A DNA stretch of 64,000 nucleotides from Neophaeotheca triangularis (Eukaryota): NCBI GenBank assembly GCA_054600435.1, contig BAAIJX010000005.1, forward strand, positions 310,001-374,000. Reading direction: 5' to 3'. Of this stretch, positions 28,473 to 40,941 are shown piece after piece. The notes under the pieces were generated by a model that had not been told where the DNA came from, ran no database searches, and saw nothing but the letters and a program-made list of their open reading frames with translations. The position numbers and the translations under genes were made by a program. Positions within the stretch are counted from its first letter, which is position 1; every line of letters starts with the position of its first letter.

Positions 28473-29696
28473 ATGTTCTCAGCCTTCTCCCTCCTCACAG
28501 TCCTGGCTACGGCTAAGGCAGCTACTATTCCGGCAGCTTTGATGCCTCGCCAGGAGATGGAACAACCCATCAATGGAAGTCTCCCTAATATTACCATTTT
28601 CGCGACGGGCGGGACCATCGCTGGCTCAGCTGGATCCAACGTCGCAACATCTGGCTACACTTCAGGGGCCATTGCTGTCCAGGCTCTTATCGATGCTGTT
28701 CCAGAGCTGCTCAACATCTCCAACGTGGATGGTGTACAGGTCTCGAACGTGGCGAGTGGTAACATCAACGACACCATCCTCCTTACGATGAACAGGGAGA
28801 TCACTGAATCTTTGGCCGTGGACTCTAACCAAGGAGCGGTTGTTACTCACGGGACCGATACACTTGAGGAGACTGCTTTCTTCCTTGATCTCACGACACC
28901 TTCGAAGAAGCCAGTCGTTGTCGTGGGCGCCATGAGACCTGCGACTGCGACGAGTGCAGACGGTCCTCTGAACCTCTACCAAGCCGTCACCCTTGCCGCG
29001 TCAGAGGAGGCCATTGGACGCGGCGCCATGATTACCTTGAACGAGTTCGTCCTATTCCACTGCGAAAGACACGAACGACCTGCTAACCACACCATTCAGC
29101 CGCATCGGCGCCCCATGGTACGTGCAAAAAACGCACGCCAACGCTTTGGACACCTTCGACGCCCCTGAACAAGGCTACCTCGGCTTCTTCACCAACAGCA
29201 TCCCGCAATTCTATTACGAGAGGGCAGCTGTGACGGGCAAGCCTTTCTTCGACATCTACCCCCTCAACCTCACCTGCCTGCCCCAGGTCGACATTCTCTA
29301 CTCCCATCAAGGTACGCATTCCATAGTCTGCAGACGAAGGAGACAAAGCTGACTCCCATCTCAGACCAGAACCCGGCTTTGATCCAAGCCTCCATTGACT
29401 CCGGCGCCGAGGGGATAGTTTTCGCAGGCGTCGGCGCCGGCGGTATCACGTCTGAGTCTTCCGAAGCCGCCCGAGAGATTTTCAACGCTACCAACGTGCC
29501 GATGGTCTTCAGCACCCGGACCATGAACGGATTCGTCTCGGGCTCTCTCGGCAGCTGGAGGATCGGTGCTTCTGACTTGAACCCTCAGAAGGCGAGGATC
29601 ATGCTGCAGTTGGCGCTTGCTACCGGGCACAGCACTGAGGAGATTGGCGAGCTGTTCTATGGGTTGCAGTCGCATGAGAGCGAGTTTGCGGGATGA
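28473..29696 (+). CDS. Secreted L-asparaginase (type II)
   Basis: Signal peptide; motifs FATGGTIAG, THGTDTLEET, GAMRP, SADGPLNL and LNPQKARIML. Introns 29045-29099 (GTTCGT donor) and 29312-29364. Confidence 0.93.
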
Positions 29697-30054
29697 GGTG
29701 TTTAAGGATGAAGTTGGTGATTGACGCTTCGACGCATATAGTAATGTTAAACGTATGATTAGTTTTTTGGTAATTCGACATATACAAAACTGATGACAAA
29801 CATTGTGCTGATATGTATGTTGTGTTCATGCCCTCTTGAGTCTTGCAGATAGCGTTGTGGGCGTCCAGTGCCGGACCAAATGCCGAACTTCACGTCAACC
29901 CAAGGAACTGCAACAACCGACTTCTCTATCTGACAAAACAACCACCGAATGTAACATCCAATATAACTCTTCAAATCCGCGGACGCTCTCGGTCAAGGCA
30001 AAGTCGTGGATCAAAGCAAGGAAGTGAAGAGAAGACTCCAAACAACCGTCAGCC

Positions 30055-31341
30055 ATGGCCAACGACCTCGCCTCCCACAACAAGATCGTGGAGACCTCGG
30101 GCAACTTCAGAGACTACTTGATCCCCCTCGACCATCCACGCCTACACCCGAGTGACCGTGATGCCCGCACACACTCAAAAGGAGTTCTTTCAACCGAAGA
30201 GATTTTCCTGACACCCGTAGCCCGCGGCTGGAAGCAAAACTACCAAGAACCTTACCGGGGCTTCACCACTGACGGCAACGTGGTGCCTGACATCTGGCGC
30301 TTCAATTCATCAGCCAACGGCCCAACAAGCGCCATGGTCCAAGCAGCCCGAAAGCTCCTCTCTAACGCCGGTGAAGCTCAAAAGAAAGCTTTCCGCTACC
30401 CCGTTGACGCCCGAGAATGGCGCTCTTGGTCTAATCCCGAAGTCATCGTCGTCGACAGCGGTATGCGTGTTGACGAGATGCCGCAGGCCTTGCGAGAAAG
30501 CATCCACGACCTTCTCAAAGCGAGTCTGTCACCTGAAGGCTACGAGAAAGTGCATACGGCGATGATTATGAACGGTTTCCTTGGCGAACTCACGCAGTTG
30601 ACGAATGTCATGAATGAGCACAGTTATCATTTCTGTTTGTTCGGTGAGCCCTCGGAGTCTGGACCCTGGGGTTTCAACCTCTTTGGCCATCACTGCTGTC
30701 TCAATGTCTTTTCGCTCGCTGGAGAAGTCGTAGTTGGGCCTTTCTTCGTTGGCGCCGAACCGAATGTCATCGATGAGGGACCGGCTAAAGGACTGGATGT
30801 CTTGAGCAAGGAGGAAGCTGCGGGTCTGGCATTCATGAAGTCTCTGGACGTAGAGCAGCAGAAGCAAGCGACGTTGCAAGGCGACATAAACGACATCGAC
30901 GGCTCGACCATGCCTCCTGGACGTTTTAATCCCGCAGACCTTCGTGGCTTGGGCGGTGCGCACCAAGACAACCGTATCATACCTTTCGAGGGTCTCCACG
31001 CAACCGGAATGTCCGAAAGCCAACAACAGGACTTGCTAGGCATCATCCGCATTTACAACGAGATCCTCCCACCGCCTACGCTCGAACTCTTCATGAAGCG
31101 AGTCGAGACACACCTGAATGAGACATATTTCGGTTGGATTGGACCGGTGAATGATCAGACGCCTTTCTATTATCGAGTCCACAGCCCCGTTGTTATGGAT
31201 GAGTTCGACCACCACAACGGCGTTTGGCTGGCCAATGCGTTGCCGAAGAAATATCACATCCATACTATCCAACGGTTGCCCAACCGTGGAGACTACGGTA
31301 CAGCATTGTGGGAGGACTATAAGGGCTCAATTCAGCACTGA
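30055..31341 (+). CDS. DUF3500 domain protein
   Basis: Intronless 428-aa ORF with EWRSWSNPE, SLSPEGYEK, FGEPS...WGFNLFGHH, FFVGAEP, FYYRVHSP, EFDHH and HIHTIQRLPNRGDYG motifs. Confidence 0.8.
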   Translation: MANDLASHNKIVETSGNFRDYLIPLDHPRLHPSDRDARTHSKGVLSTEEIFLTPVARGWKQNYQEPYRGFTTDGNVVPDIWRFNSSANGPTSAMVQAARKLLSNAGEAQKKAFRYPVDAREWRSWSNPEVIVVDSGMRVDEMPQALRESIHDLLKASLSPEGYEKVHTAMIMNGFLGELTQLTNVMNEHSYHFCLFGEPSESGPWGFNLFGHHCCLNVFSLAGEVVVGPFFVGAEPNVIDEGPAKGLDVLSKEEAAGLAFMKSLDVEQQKQATLQGDINDIDGSTMPPGRFNPADLRGLGGAHQDNRIIPFEGLHATGMSESQQQDLLGIIRIYNEILPPPTLELFMKRVETHLNETYFGWIGPVNDQTPFYYRVHSPVVMDEFDHHNGVWLANALPKKYHIHTIQRLPNRGDYGTALWEDYKGSIQH

Positions 31342-31936
31342 AGGACCAGCGTCACATGGGCATATATAGCAGGCATTGCGTGATTTGAACTCTCCAGCAT
31401 CGGAAGCCTCCTCCCGGGTAAAGGGATGCTCACACGCTTTGCCAAAGTCCCTGCTACGAAAACTTTGATGATGCCGCTAGTCGGCGCACAAGAGTCGATG
31501 GCAGCAGGCATGAGTGATTTCGTGCCGCCAAGGAGATGGAGCAGCGATTAGTATGTAAGTAAAAATATCATGGCACCGAGTCGGTATCGGACACTGCTGT
31601 TCTCGTTCCGGGTGAAGCATCGTTGTAGCTCTAGTCGCCGTACATCACATGATGCTTTTCGAGGCAGCACACGCTGCACGGTACCCGACCACTTACGACT
31701 TTTGATAATTCAAAGTCTGCAATTCTGCCGCGAAAGTGAGGGAATGGCTAGAACAGTGCACAAAGTTCACGCTCCCGGTGGATTTGATTCTTTTGCCAGA
31801 GAAACTCTCCAATCTTGCGTCTCGACGCGCCGCAAACCCATCTCCGACAAGGTCGGAACCCACAAGCCTCGTTCTCTGGTGGCCAACAACAGCGCCGAGA
31901 AGACTTCAAAGAAACGATGTTACATCAAGAGACCGT

Positions 31937-33700
31937 TCAAGATTTGTGGCACCATCCTGCGACCCAGTGTGGTGTACTTGTGCGGGTCGTTGTACGCTTT
32001 GGCCAGGGATGCCGTGGCGAAACAGTCTCGACCCCCGACAGCCATGTTCCTGGCAAATGTCTTTTCGATTCCCCAGCTACCTTTCGAATCCTAGTGCTTG
32101 ATCTAACATGAGGTGTCAGGCTTTTTAGGTGCCTTCGAAGTGACTTTGGGGTACGGTTGAGCCGCCGGGAGAACGAGGGAGCAAATGAAATATCCACCCG
32201 ATGGTGGATTCTAGGCGCTGAGTCCAAACGAAAAACATAGTAGTCTTGCTCCCGGCAGATCCTGCTCATCGTAGGTGAATCTCGTCAACACCAGGATGTC
32301 ATGACGGCGCACTATCAGCAACCACTCGGTAAACTGATTGCTCGCTTGTCGTTGCGGATGTCGTAAACATGGCTGTAGGTAGGAAGGAGCATCTTCAACT
32401 TGTTGTGGCAGCTGTCACATACTAGTCTGCCAGACGGGAAACACTTGCAGTCCTTTATCGAGACAGGAACCCGGACACGGTCCGTCACAAGCTCCCCCCA
32501 GCCCTTAGAAGGCCTATCATTAGGATCTGTCATAGTGATATCGCATAACAGACAAGCCTGGCTTAATGCGATTGAACCGTGGCGTACGTGATACGCTCGA
32601 TTCCGAAGCAGCTAGTACTCTTCGACGCTAGTACATTGCAAGGCTTGCTCGTGTCGCTTGGGGTGAGGGACATCGTACTTGTGGTCGACGTAGTACCACT
32701 CATAGCAATTAATGCACATGAGTTCTGCCTGCAACCAGTCGACCTGCCCATAAAGGGTGTTCTCTCTGTACTTGGCGACATCGAGCCAGATCTCGGGCAT
32801 CTCGTTGCCACACGCGCCACAACAACAATCTTGGCGTTCCCAGGCTTTCAAACGCTCGAAGGACCGTCTACCTGCGACTTCAGCCGAGTTCGTCTTTCTG
32901 AGAATGGAGAGTATCGGCGACAGAGGATACATCTTGTTGAGGCCAAGGTACTCGTTCGGCTGTCCGCCTCGGGTATTACATCGGTATGAAGGCATTGCAG
33001 GAGGCGTCGAACAGCATCAGATCAGTGAGAATATGGCCGAGAGGGTAATCGAGGTGAAGAAAAGTGCGTGGTATCGCAGACGTTTCGCTATGTTGATGAA
33101 CGTAAGTTGTGCTTAGGTGAAAGTCTCAACGTCGTCGGTGCTCTGGCTGCGTCGGTCTGCCATAATGGACGGCCGAGGGGCTTGGTCGGGGAGCTGCTAG
33201 GGGGCCTTTGAGTCTTAGGCTGGCAGGTCGGGGAAAGGCAGGAGAAGCTTTGGGAACTGTTGGCGGAGAGGTGGCTGGTGGCTGCTCGTATCAGAGTCTT
33301 GTCCAGATTCTCGGCCGGGGAAGTGTAGGTGACTCTTCAAGTTTCCGGCGTGGGGGTGACTCTCCGAGTCCTAGGGAGGGAAACGGCCTGGAAGGTCGTG
33401 GTCGGGAGACTGCTGGTTAGCCGAGGCAGGTGCGGCTTATGGGGTCTGGGGCAGTTGCCGGTTGACACTGGCTCCTTCTTGGGTTGTTCCCTGGGCTGTT
33501 CGTGACACCTGGCGAGGTGTGCTCCGGCGTACCGATCGCCGGCTCTATATAGCGTCGTGACCTAGCGGGTGCCTAAGAGCGAGGAGACTTGATGAGTAGG
33601 TGAGCGTACTTGGTCGTGAATTCGCTCTGAATGCGGCGTCTCAAGCGGGTATCGTCGAGCCACTCTGGTGGGTAGACTGTGTCCTGCGGAATAGGGAAAA
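31937..33700 (-). pseudogene. Probable decayed gene with repeated CxxC (zinc-finger-like) motifs and a Pro/Ser-rich N-terminal region
   Basis: ORF-track fragments 32612-32995, 32315-32533 and 31937-32269 are in one frame, separated by four stops. The CGAC, CINC, CLLC and CDSC motifs form pairs. An upstream Pro/Ser-rich frame needs a frameshift to join. Boundaries are approximate. Confidence 0.5.
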
Positions 33701-34206
33701 GCTCGTATCAACACCCCTAGCGGGCTCTCTTCCTCGTAAGTGACCCGCCTTCATGATAGGAATCGCCGGCGCTGTGTAGGCATCTTCTTCTGGAGAGAGT
33801 GGTAGCTGTGGTCGTTAGTGTCACCTTGCGGCCGAGAAGCCGAAGATTGCAAATGCGATATCCATTACCGTTAGTAGTAGGTTGTTATGGATTCGGTGTG
33901 ACGCCTGCTTCAAGTTGTCCTTGGCGACTATATGTACTTCCAAAGTCCCATGCCAAAGCTTTCAGACATCGTAGGCCTCATGCCAAGCGATACAGCCTTA
34001 TATGCAAATGAAGGTAGTGGTGCCGGGAAGGAAAAACCTGAGACATTGAAGTGATATTTGTGTAAGTAGCAGTCTCGTATTTCATGGAGCTATTAATATC
34101 TCGCAGCGAGACAGGCTGTCACTACGCCCATCTCACAGTGCCAAACGCTAATTAGAGCTGCAGGGCCGGCGAACGCGAGGTGGTATAGGCGTAGGCGCTG
34201 CCTAAT

Positions 34207-35550
34207 TTAAGCTGCACCACCACCGCGGCCACGGCGGGGATTCTCTCTCGCCAGAATCGGATTTTTGTCGAAGGCGCTATCACTCTCCGCTTTCTGCCCC
34301 CTTTCGTGGTCCTGCATTGCCTCACGCCTTCCCATGAAACTATGATACCAGGTTGGCTCGCCATGACTGGTGCGGCAGTCCTCGTCCCACGCGAAGACTT
34401 TCTTCGAGTGCATCCAGTAGTCCTCATTCGAGTCTCCGAACTTTGGCTTCGACTTGTCCATGCAGTCTGCGTGCCGAAATTAGCTTGCCATATCTTTGCT
34501 GGGGGAGTCAACGTAATGCATACCAAGGCATAGTCCATCAAAGTACTTCCGAGTGTCATCCACAGCTTTGCCGACAGCCCCGATCTGTTTCTTGCTGAAG
34601 TCGGTGTCGAAGTGGGTGGATTGGCTGGAGATAGGATTGAACTTTCTGAGTCTTCCGAGCGTATCGTTCATCGACTGGTTGCCCATGTGCTTCTCGAGCG
34701 GCCAGGTGCCAGTGACAGCGAGGCCTTTCTCGTACTGAAACAGCGCGTGCGCCCAGCGATCACTCTCCGGCTTCTCCAGCACCTCCTCAATAGGGCCGTG
34801 GAGACCATGGAAGAGGACAGTCCTCAGTCTGCCCTTCGCGGCATTGACCTGCTCTTTTTTGTTATCAGTAGAATTTTAGCAAACACATTAATATTCAATT
34901 TACTTACGAATGGCTTCTGAGGGTAGATGGTGCTTGTCGTGGAAGTCGTTGAAGCCATTAACCCCCGGACGCGCCTCTGTGATGTGCCTTTTGGCGTTGT
35001 AGACGAGGAAATGGGTGATTCTCTGGAAGCCTTTCGCACAGTCAAAGGCCATGCAAGGGAAGAGTAGCATCTGACAAGTTTTGTAGTCCAGCGACGTGCG
35101 ATGCGGGTACTTCTGGTTGAACCATGCCAGAAAGAAGCGCTTCGTGGGTTCGCAAACGAGGTTGAAGAAGTATTTGTCCGCCGCGGCCAGCGTGCCCCAA
35201 AATTCTTCAAGGGACATGCTCATGAGGTATTCTGGAACCTCAACATCGTGGCAGTTGTAGAAAATGAATGCCAGAGATCGAACGCGATCATAGTGCAACT
35301 CAACCACGTGCTGCTTTGCCTCGGCGAAGTCCCCGTTCATCATTCTCTGAAGCGCCTCCGAGCTGGAGGTCATGACTGCGCGGGACACTGCGAAGTCTGT
35401 TGCTTTGCATGGTTCAGCAACATGCTGCCACTTGCCTGAGACATTGCGCTGAACGCTGTGGTATTCCACCACGCGAACGGTGAGGTCGGAGTGAGGCGCG
35501 ATCTCCACGGCATCGACCTCGAATGGGAAATCCGCGCTGAAGGGCGCCAT
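34207..35550 (-). CDS. BTB/POZ domain protein (fungal family)
   Basis: Introns 34907-34854 and 34523-34467. BTB-like FAVSRAVMTSSS...FAEA...VELH..AADKY region, then QQVNAAKGRLRTVLFHGL, YFDGLCL|DCM and HGEPTWYHSFMGR. Confidence 0.82.
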
Positions 35551-35639
35551 GTCGTCTCACCGTGCGGAGAGGGATGGTGTGCTGTAAATAGTGGGACGTC
35601 GCAGCAGTATAGCCTGCTGATCGAGAGCGTTTGAGTGGT

Positions 35640-35750
35640 GCGAGGTGGAAGAGGCAGAAGCGGAAATGGAGGTAGAAGGCGAAGTAGAAGTACAGGCGGA
35701 GGTAGAAGCGGAGGTAGAAGCGGAGGTGAGGTGAGGTGAAGTGAGGTGAG
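35640..35750. repeat. Degenerate purine-rich tandem repeats (GGAGGTAGAAGC; GTGAG) upstream of the BTB gene
   Basis: gcggaggtagaagcggaggtagaagcggaggtgaggtgaggtgaagtgaggtgag. Confidence 0.65.
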
Positions 35751-36587
35751 ACTCCTAATGTCTAGTTTGTTGTCGTGCTCTAGAGTGAAGGCATTCATCT
35801 ATTTGAATAGTAGGGATACTTTGATCTCTTTGGCTACCTGAAAAAGCGAGTGAGTCAATAACTAGGCTTGTTTCAATAACTAGGCTTATTTCGAATTAAC
35901 CCTACCTTTAATTTTTGTACGGGTGCTTTTGGCTCTAACCTTTATAGGCGTAGGTGTGATTAAACCCCCCGGCCTGAGCTTGTTAGAGAAATGCCTTAGT
36001 TAGGCGAGGTAGTGAAGGTGGCCTAGAGGAACTGACTGGTACAGCTTCCGCCACTGTCCAGAGCCCTCTCCTGCTGCTTTCGGCCGGGAGTAGTCCAAGA
36101 CGGCTTCGGGCACTGCCATGAGTGTCACCCGGGTTCGAAAGCTTGTATGTAAGTCCCACTCCCTGAGCTGGTTGCCGGCATGCATTAGGCACGTGAGGCA
36201 TCGAAGTGACCTGGGCTACTAACTGGTAAAGCTATCTTCAGTACCGAGAGCCTTCTCCTGCTCCTCAAGCGGTTAATCGATGAGCGCTGCCGGCATTGCG
36301 TTGTGGCCTGTCTTGGTTTGGGGGCCGGCATATCTAGCATCGTGAGTTTTCTTGTTTGTGATAAGTTGACCGACTCTGCAAGCCTCAAGGAAGGCGAACG
36401 ACATAACGTGTAATAATGAAAACCCAGCTCATCTCGTCATAAATGAACTTGTGATGGAAGCCGCAAGGATTTACTTCGCAAATCATATAGTACATGTCAT
36501 ACTTGCCTCAGCTTCGGCCGCAGCATCACCGCAGGCTCGCTATGCTACCTAACGCCGGACGCCACGCGCTCCCTGTTCGTCTCCCGC

Positions 36588-37313
36588 TCAAGGCGCTCTC
36601 ACCGGCTTGTCATCGTCATAAGGCTCTTCCCTGATTCCATCCTTGTCGATGACCTTGACCAACACACCCTTGAAGTCGATCGGCAGTCTCCTCTTCAGCT
36701 CATCCGTGCACATCCTCAAGATCTTCATGCCCTCATCGAATGAGATGTCGGGGTGATGGTGCTTGTCGAGGGTTGAAAGGCAGTAGTACTGGGCGTAGCC
36801 GTGCGCGGCGTAGGGGACGGGTGCCGCTGATGCTAGGTAGTCGATCCAGAAGAGCTCGGGCTTGTCCTTGATGGGGTCGTAGCCTCCGAGGAGCAAGTTG
36901 ACGGTGTAGGGGTTGCGGCTGCGCAGAGCTTTGGCAAGTTCACTGCGGACAAAAGAGGAGACTTCGGCGGGGGAGAGGTCGAGTTGGTTGCGCATCGTGT
37001 AGAGTTGGATGTTGGCTTGGATGTATTCGGCGAATTGAACTGGCAGGCAATTGGTCAGTGAAGCCGCCCTGGCCACAGGCTAAGCAACATCCGCTCACCT
37101 GTGTCTCCTGCCTCTCCGCTGAAAGCCATCAAAGTGTTCTTGTTGAGTTGCTTGGTCTTGTCATCGCTGGCCTTGAGGATGGTGGCACCTCTCATGGCAG
37201 CTTTGGAAGCCGCTATGATGGTGTAGTCTTTACCAGTGATGCCGAGTAGTACCTCCCTAAGACAGTACGTCAGTATCGCGCCATCTCGAAATCGACCTTT
37301 GCTATACTCACAT
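36588..37313 (-). CDS. PRE1: 20S proteasome beta-4 subunit
   Basis: Spliced protein reads MEVLLGITGKD...RGATILKASDDK...GEAGDT|VQFAEYIQAN...ELKRRLPIDFKG. Introns 37311-37257 (inside the ATG) and 37098-37040. Confidence 0.95.
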
Positions 37314-37689
37314 TTTGTTGTGTTTGGTAGAGGGAATGTGACAGCTCTCAAGCTATCCCACGTTTCTCTAGAGCTCGCCTGAGGTCGACGCTGACGCGAA
37401 CGCTCGCGCCGCCTAAAGTTCAGTTACCGATACGGAAGGTAAAGCGAGCCGAAGGCGGAAAAGTCGCAAGCCGACGACATAGCTAACATTTTCAGATTGA
37501 ATATTAAAGATCGAAGGAACCTCTAGCGACAACAACAACGATAAGATTCCGAATGAGCTTTGTGACATCTTACAGCTCTGCGTAAACAATTCCAAACAAC
37601 CCAGATTGATTGCGCCAATTCATCGAAATCGTTGGGGACAAGCCAAGGGCATGCTTGAGTAAATTCAATCCTCCAAATACCGAGACGAG

Positions 37690-40600
37690 ATGGCATACAA
37701 AGCGGATGTCAGGACGACATTCGAGCCCAGCCGGGTCATACAACCAATCTACACAGGAGGCAGTGTAGCACTCAGCGAAGATGGCAGAGTTCTGGCAACG
37801 TGTCTGGGCGAGGAGGCACTACTCACAGACTTGAACACAGGGGCACACCTAGCTCGCATTGAAGGGGTATGTTGATTCTGCAGCTCTGCCTTGACCGAGG
37901 ACTGACCGTTGACAAGTTTCTAGGACGGTGAAGCTATCACTACACTCGCGCTGACACCTGACGCCTCATTCCTTATAATATGTTCGAGATCGCTTGCCAT
38001 GCGTGTGTATATGCTGCAACAGTCGCAGACGCTGGATGAGGGGCTTGAACCGAAGCTACTTCGAACGATGAAACCGCACACTGCACCGGTAGTCACCGTA
38101 GCCGTGGATGCGACAAGCTCGTTGCTTGCTACCGGAGGCGCGGATGGTGTGGTCAAGGTCTGGGATATCAGAGGCGGATATGTTACGCACACTTTCCACG
38201 GCCACAGCGGGGTCATCTCTGCGCTGTACTTCTTCCAGGTACGAGCAGAGGAGTCTGAGCAATCGACAAAGAGCAAGAAGCGAAAGAGTAGATCGCGGAA
38301 TGAGGATGCTGAGGAGGCACAGGGCGAGGGCACAATAGGCTTCAGGCTGGCATCGGGAGCCGAGGATGGAAAAGTGCGTGTATGGGATCTTCACAAACGA
38401 AAGAGCGTCGCTACTTTGGACTCGCATGTCTCTGTCGTGCGTAGCATAAGCTACTCTTCAGAGCAGCGTCTACTGCTCTCAACCAGCAGAGACAAGACCG
38501 CGATCATGTGGGATTCCCGAAGTTGGGAGGCCAAGTCGACGATCCCTGTGCTGGAAGGTGTTGAAGCGGGGGGGTTCGTGCAATCTGGTCGCTTCTTCTA
38601 CACGGGAGGAGAGAATGCACGTCTACGGATATGGAGTACCAACGCAGGGGTTGAGATCACACAAGAACAGGGTCCTGGAGTAGAAACGGAGGCTATTCTG
38701 GATGTAATACATCACGTGGATTTGCCTTATATCCTAACGGTGCATGCTGACCAGACGCTGCAACTGCATTCTTTGGCCCCTCTGCAAGGTTCGATCACTC
38801 CCAAGGATCTACCACTCTCTCCACTGCCCGTGGTACGCCGAATCTCTGGCACGCACGACGAAGTGATCGATTTGGCATATATCGGGACGGAATGCAACGT
38901 TCTCGCGCTTGCTACCAACCTGGAAGACATAAGGCTTGTGTCGCTTGAGTCGGCGCGTCAGACAAGCCAAGCGGATGGCTCGTCTCCCTATTTTGGGGCA
39001 GATCTTGCACTCCTCAAGGGCCACGACGATATCATCATCACCATTGACACCGACTGGTCAGGCCACTGGCTTGCAACGGGCGCCAAAGACAACACTGCGA
39101 AGCTTTGGAGGCTTGATCCGGCCAACGAAGACTACAGCTGCTATGCGACACTGACCGGACATGCAGAAAGCATTGGAGCTGTATCCCTCCCAAACGCAGC
39201 TCCCCAATTTGGAAGCGCAGCCTACAGTAAGCCGCTTGAGCACCCGCCTAAGTTCATGATTACCGGTAGTCAAGACAAGACCATCAAGCGATGGGATCTC
39301 GGTGCACAGGGTAGAAGCGTGCGAGCAAATTACACTCGCAAAGCTCACGACAAGGATATCAATGCTATCGACACTTCTTTCTCGACCACATCACCAATGT
39401 TCGCGTCTGCCAGTCAGGACAAGACCGTCAAGATCTGGGATGTTGAGACTGGAGAAACCCTTGGTGTGCTTCGCGGGCATAAGCGAGGTGTTTGGTCTGT
39501 CGCATTCGCAACGCTTGATACCCCGGCCTTGACGACGTCTGAACAGGGTGGTGCAAGTAGCGCAAGAGGCATGGTCGTGACCGGAAGTGGTGACAAGACT
39601 GTCCGGATATGGAGCTTGGCAGACTATAGCTGCTTGCGCACATTTGAAGGCCACGCGAACAGTGTCTTGAAAGTAATTTGGCTTCCGGCGCCTAAAGAGC
39701 AGAACACCGCCTCCAACAAAGTGCGGAGAGGCGTCCAAGTCGCAAGCGCGGCAGGTGACGGCCTCGTCAAGGTCTGGGATGCCCAGAGCGGAGAATGCGC
39801 TGCAACTCTCGACAACCACATTGACCGCGTCTGGGCACTGGCAACCAAGCCCCAACGCAACCTCTCCCTCGAACCAACCAAACAAAAAGAAAAGCCCTCA
39901 GACACCGACATGGCCGACGCCAGCGACGAAGAGGACCAATCCACGACCGACCTGACTTCCCAATTAACCCTCGTCTCCGGCTCGGCAGACAGCACCCTTA
40001 CCTTCTGGACCGACACCACAGCCCTCACCGCCCGCGAAACCACCACCCGCGCCACCGCCCGCATAGAACAAGACCAAGCCCTGCAAAACCAAATCCGCGC
40101 CGCCAACTACCGCGAAGCCATTGTATTAGCCCTGCAACTCGACCACCCGCGCCGGCTGCTGGAACTCTTCACCGCCGTCGTCAATACCCCCGAACCCGAC
40201 GAGGCAAGTCTCACTGGCAAAACCGAAGTCGACGACGTTCTCGCCACCCTCGCCGACTCTCAACTCTGGGCCCTGCTCCGGCGCCTCAGAGACTGGAACG
40301 CCAATGCCCGCACCTACGCCGTAGCCCAGCGCGTCCTCTACGCTCTGCTGCGTCTGCATCCGAAAGAGCGGCTGGTGAATTTGCGCCGGAGACGGCAGCG
40401 CGGTGTTCAGCCTAGTGGCGGTGAGGGAGACGTGGACGCGGGGCTCGCGGAGTCGATGGCCGGGCTGAGCACGGACAGCGTGAAGAGTAAGGAGAGTGTC
40501 AAGGATGTTTTGGAGGCGCTGAGGGCGTATACCGAGCGCCATCAGGCGAGGGTTGAGAGGATGGCCGAGGAGCGGTTTGTGCTCGCTTGGGCTTTGGGCG

Positions 40601-40710
40601 AGATGGGAGAGGCGGGGGATGGTAGTGGACTGCTGTTGGGTGATGGTGGTGGTGGTGTTGGGCTGGGTGTGGAGAAGGGAGCCGAGATGATGGCTGTGGA
40701 TGGTGTATGA
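37690..40710 (+). CDS. UTP13: SSU processome WD40 protein Utp13/TBL3
   Basis: N-terminus TTFEPSRVIQPIYTGG; intron 37867-37923; many WD40 repeats (AHDKDINAID, LRGHKRGVWSV); C-terminal Utp13 domain (LRDWNANART, AYTERH). Confidence 0.93.
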
Positions 40711-40941
40711 TATAGGTCTGTCTCTTTTCGGTGAGAATTGCGGAGTGCAATAGCAAGGCCCATGAAATGTTTAGCACTGTACTTGTAGACGTGCGGTTTC
40801 CCACGTTTCTATTGACTTTCGTGCAATGGGTTGTAGGAGATTTGCTCCCCCAGCGTCCAGTTGACGGATCTCCCTGTAAGATCTTCAAGTAAAGCCATAA
40901 CAACACCCACAAGAAACCCTCCACGCCCCCCTTTTTTTTTT

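Noticed and set aside
31570..32094. 174-aa plus-strand ORF
   Set aside because: No recognisable motif; probably the shadow of the decayed minus-strand gene.
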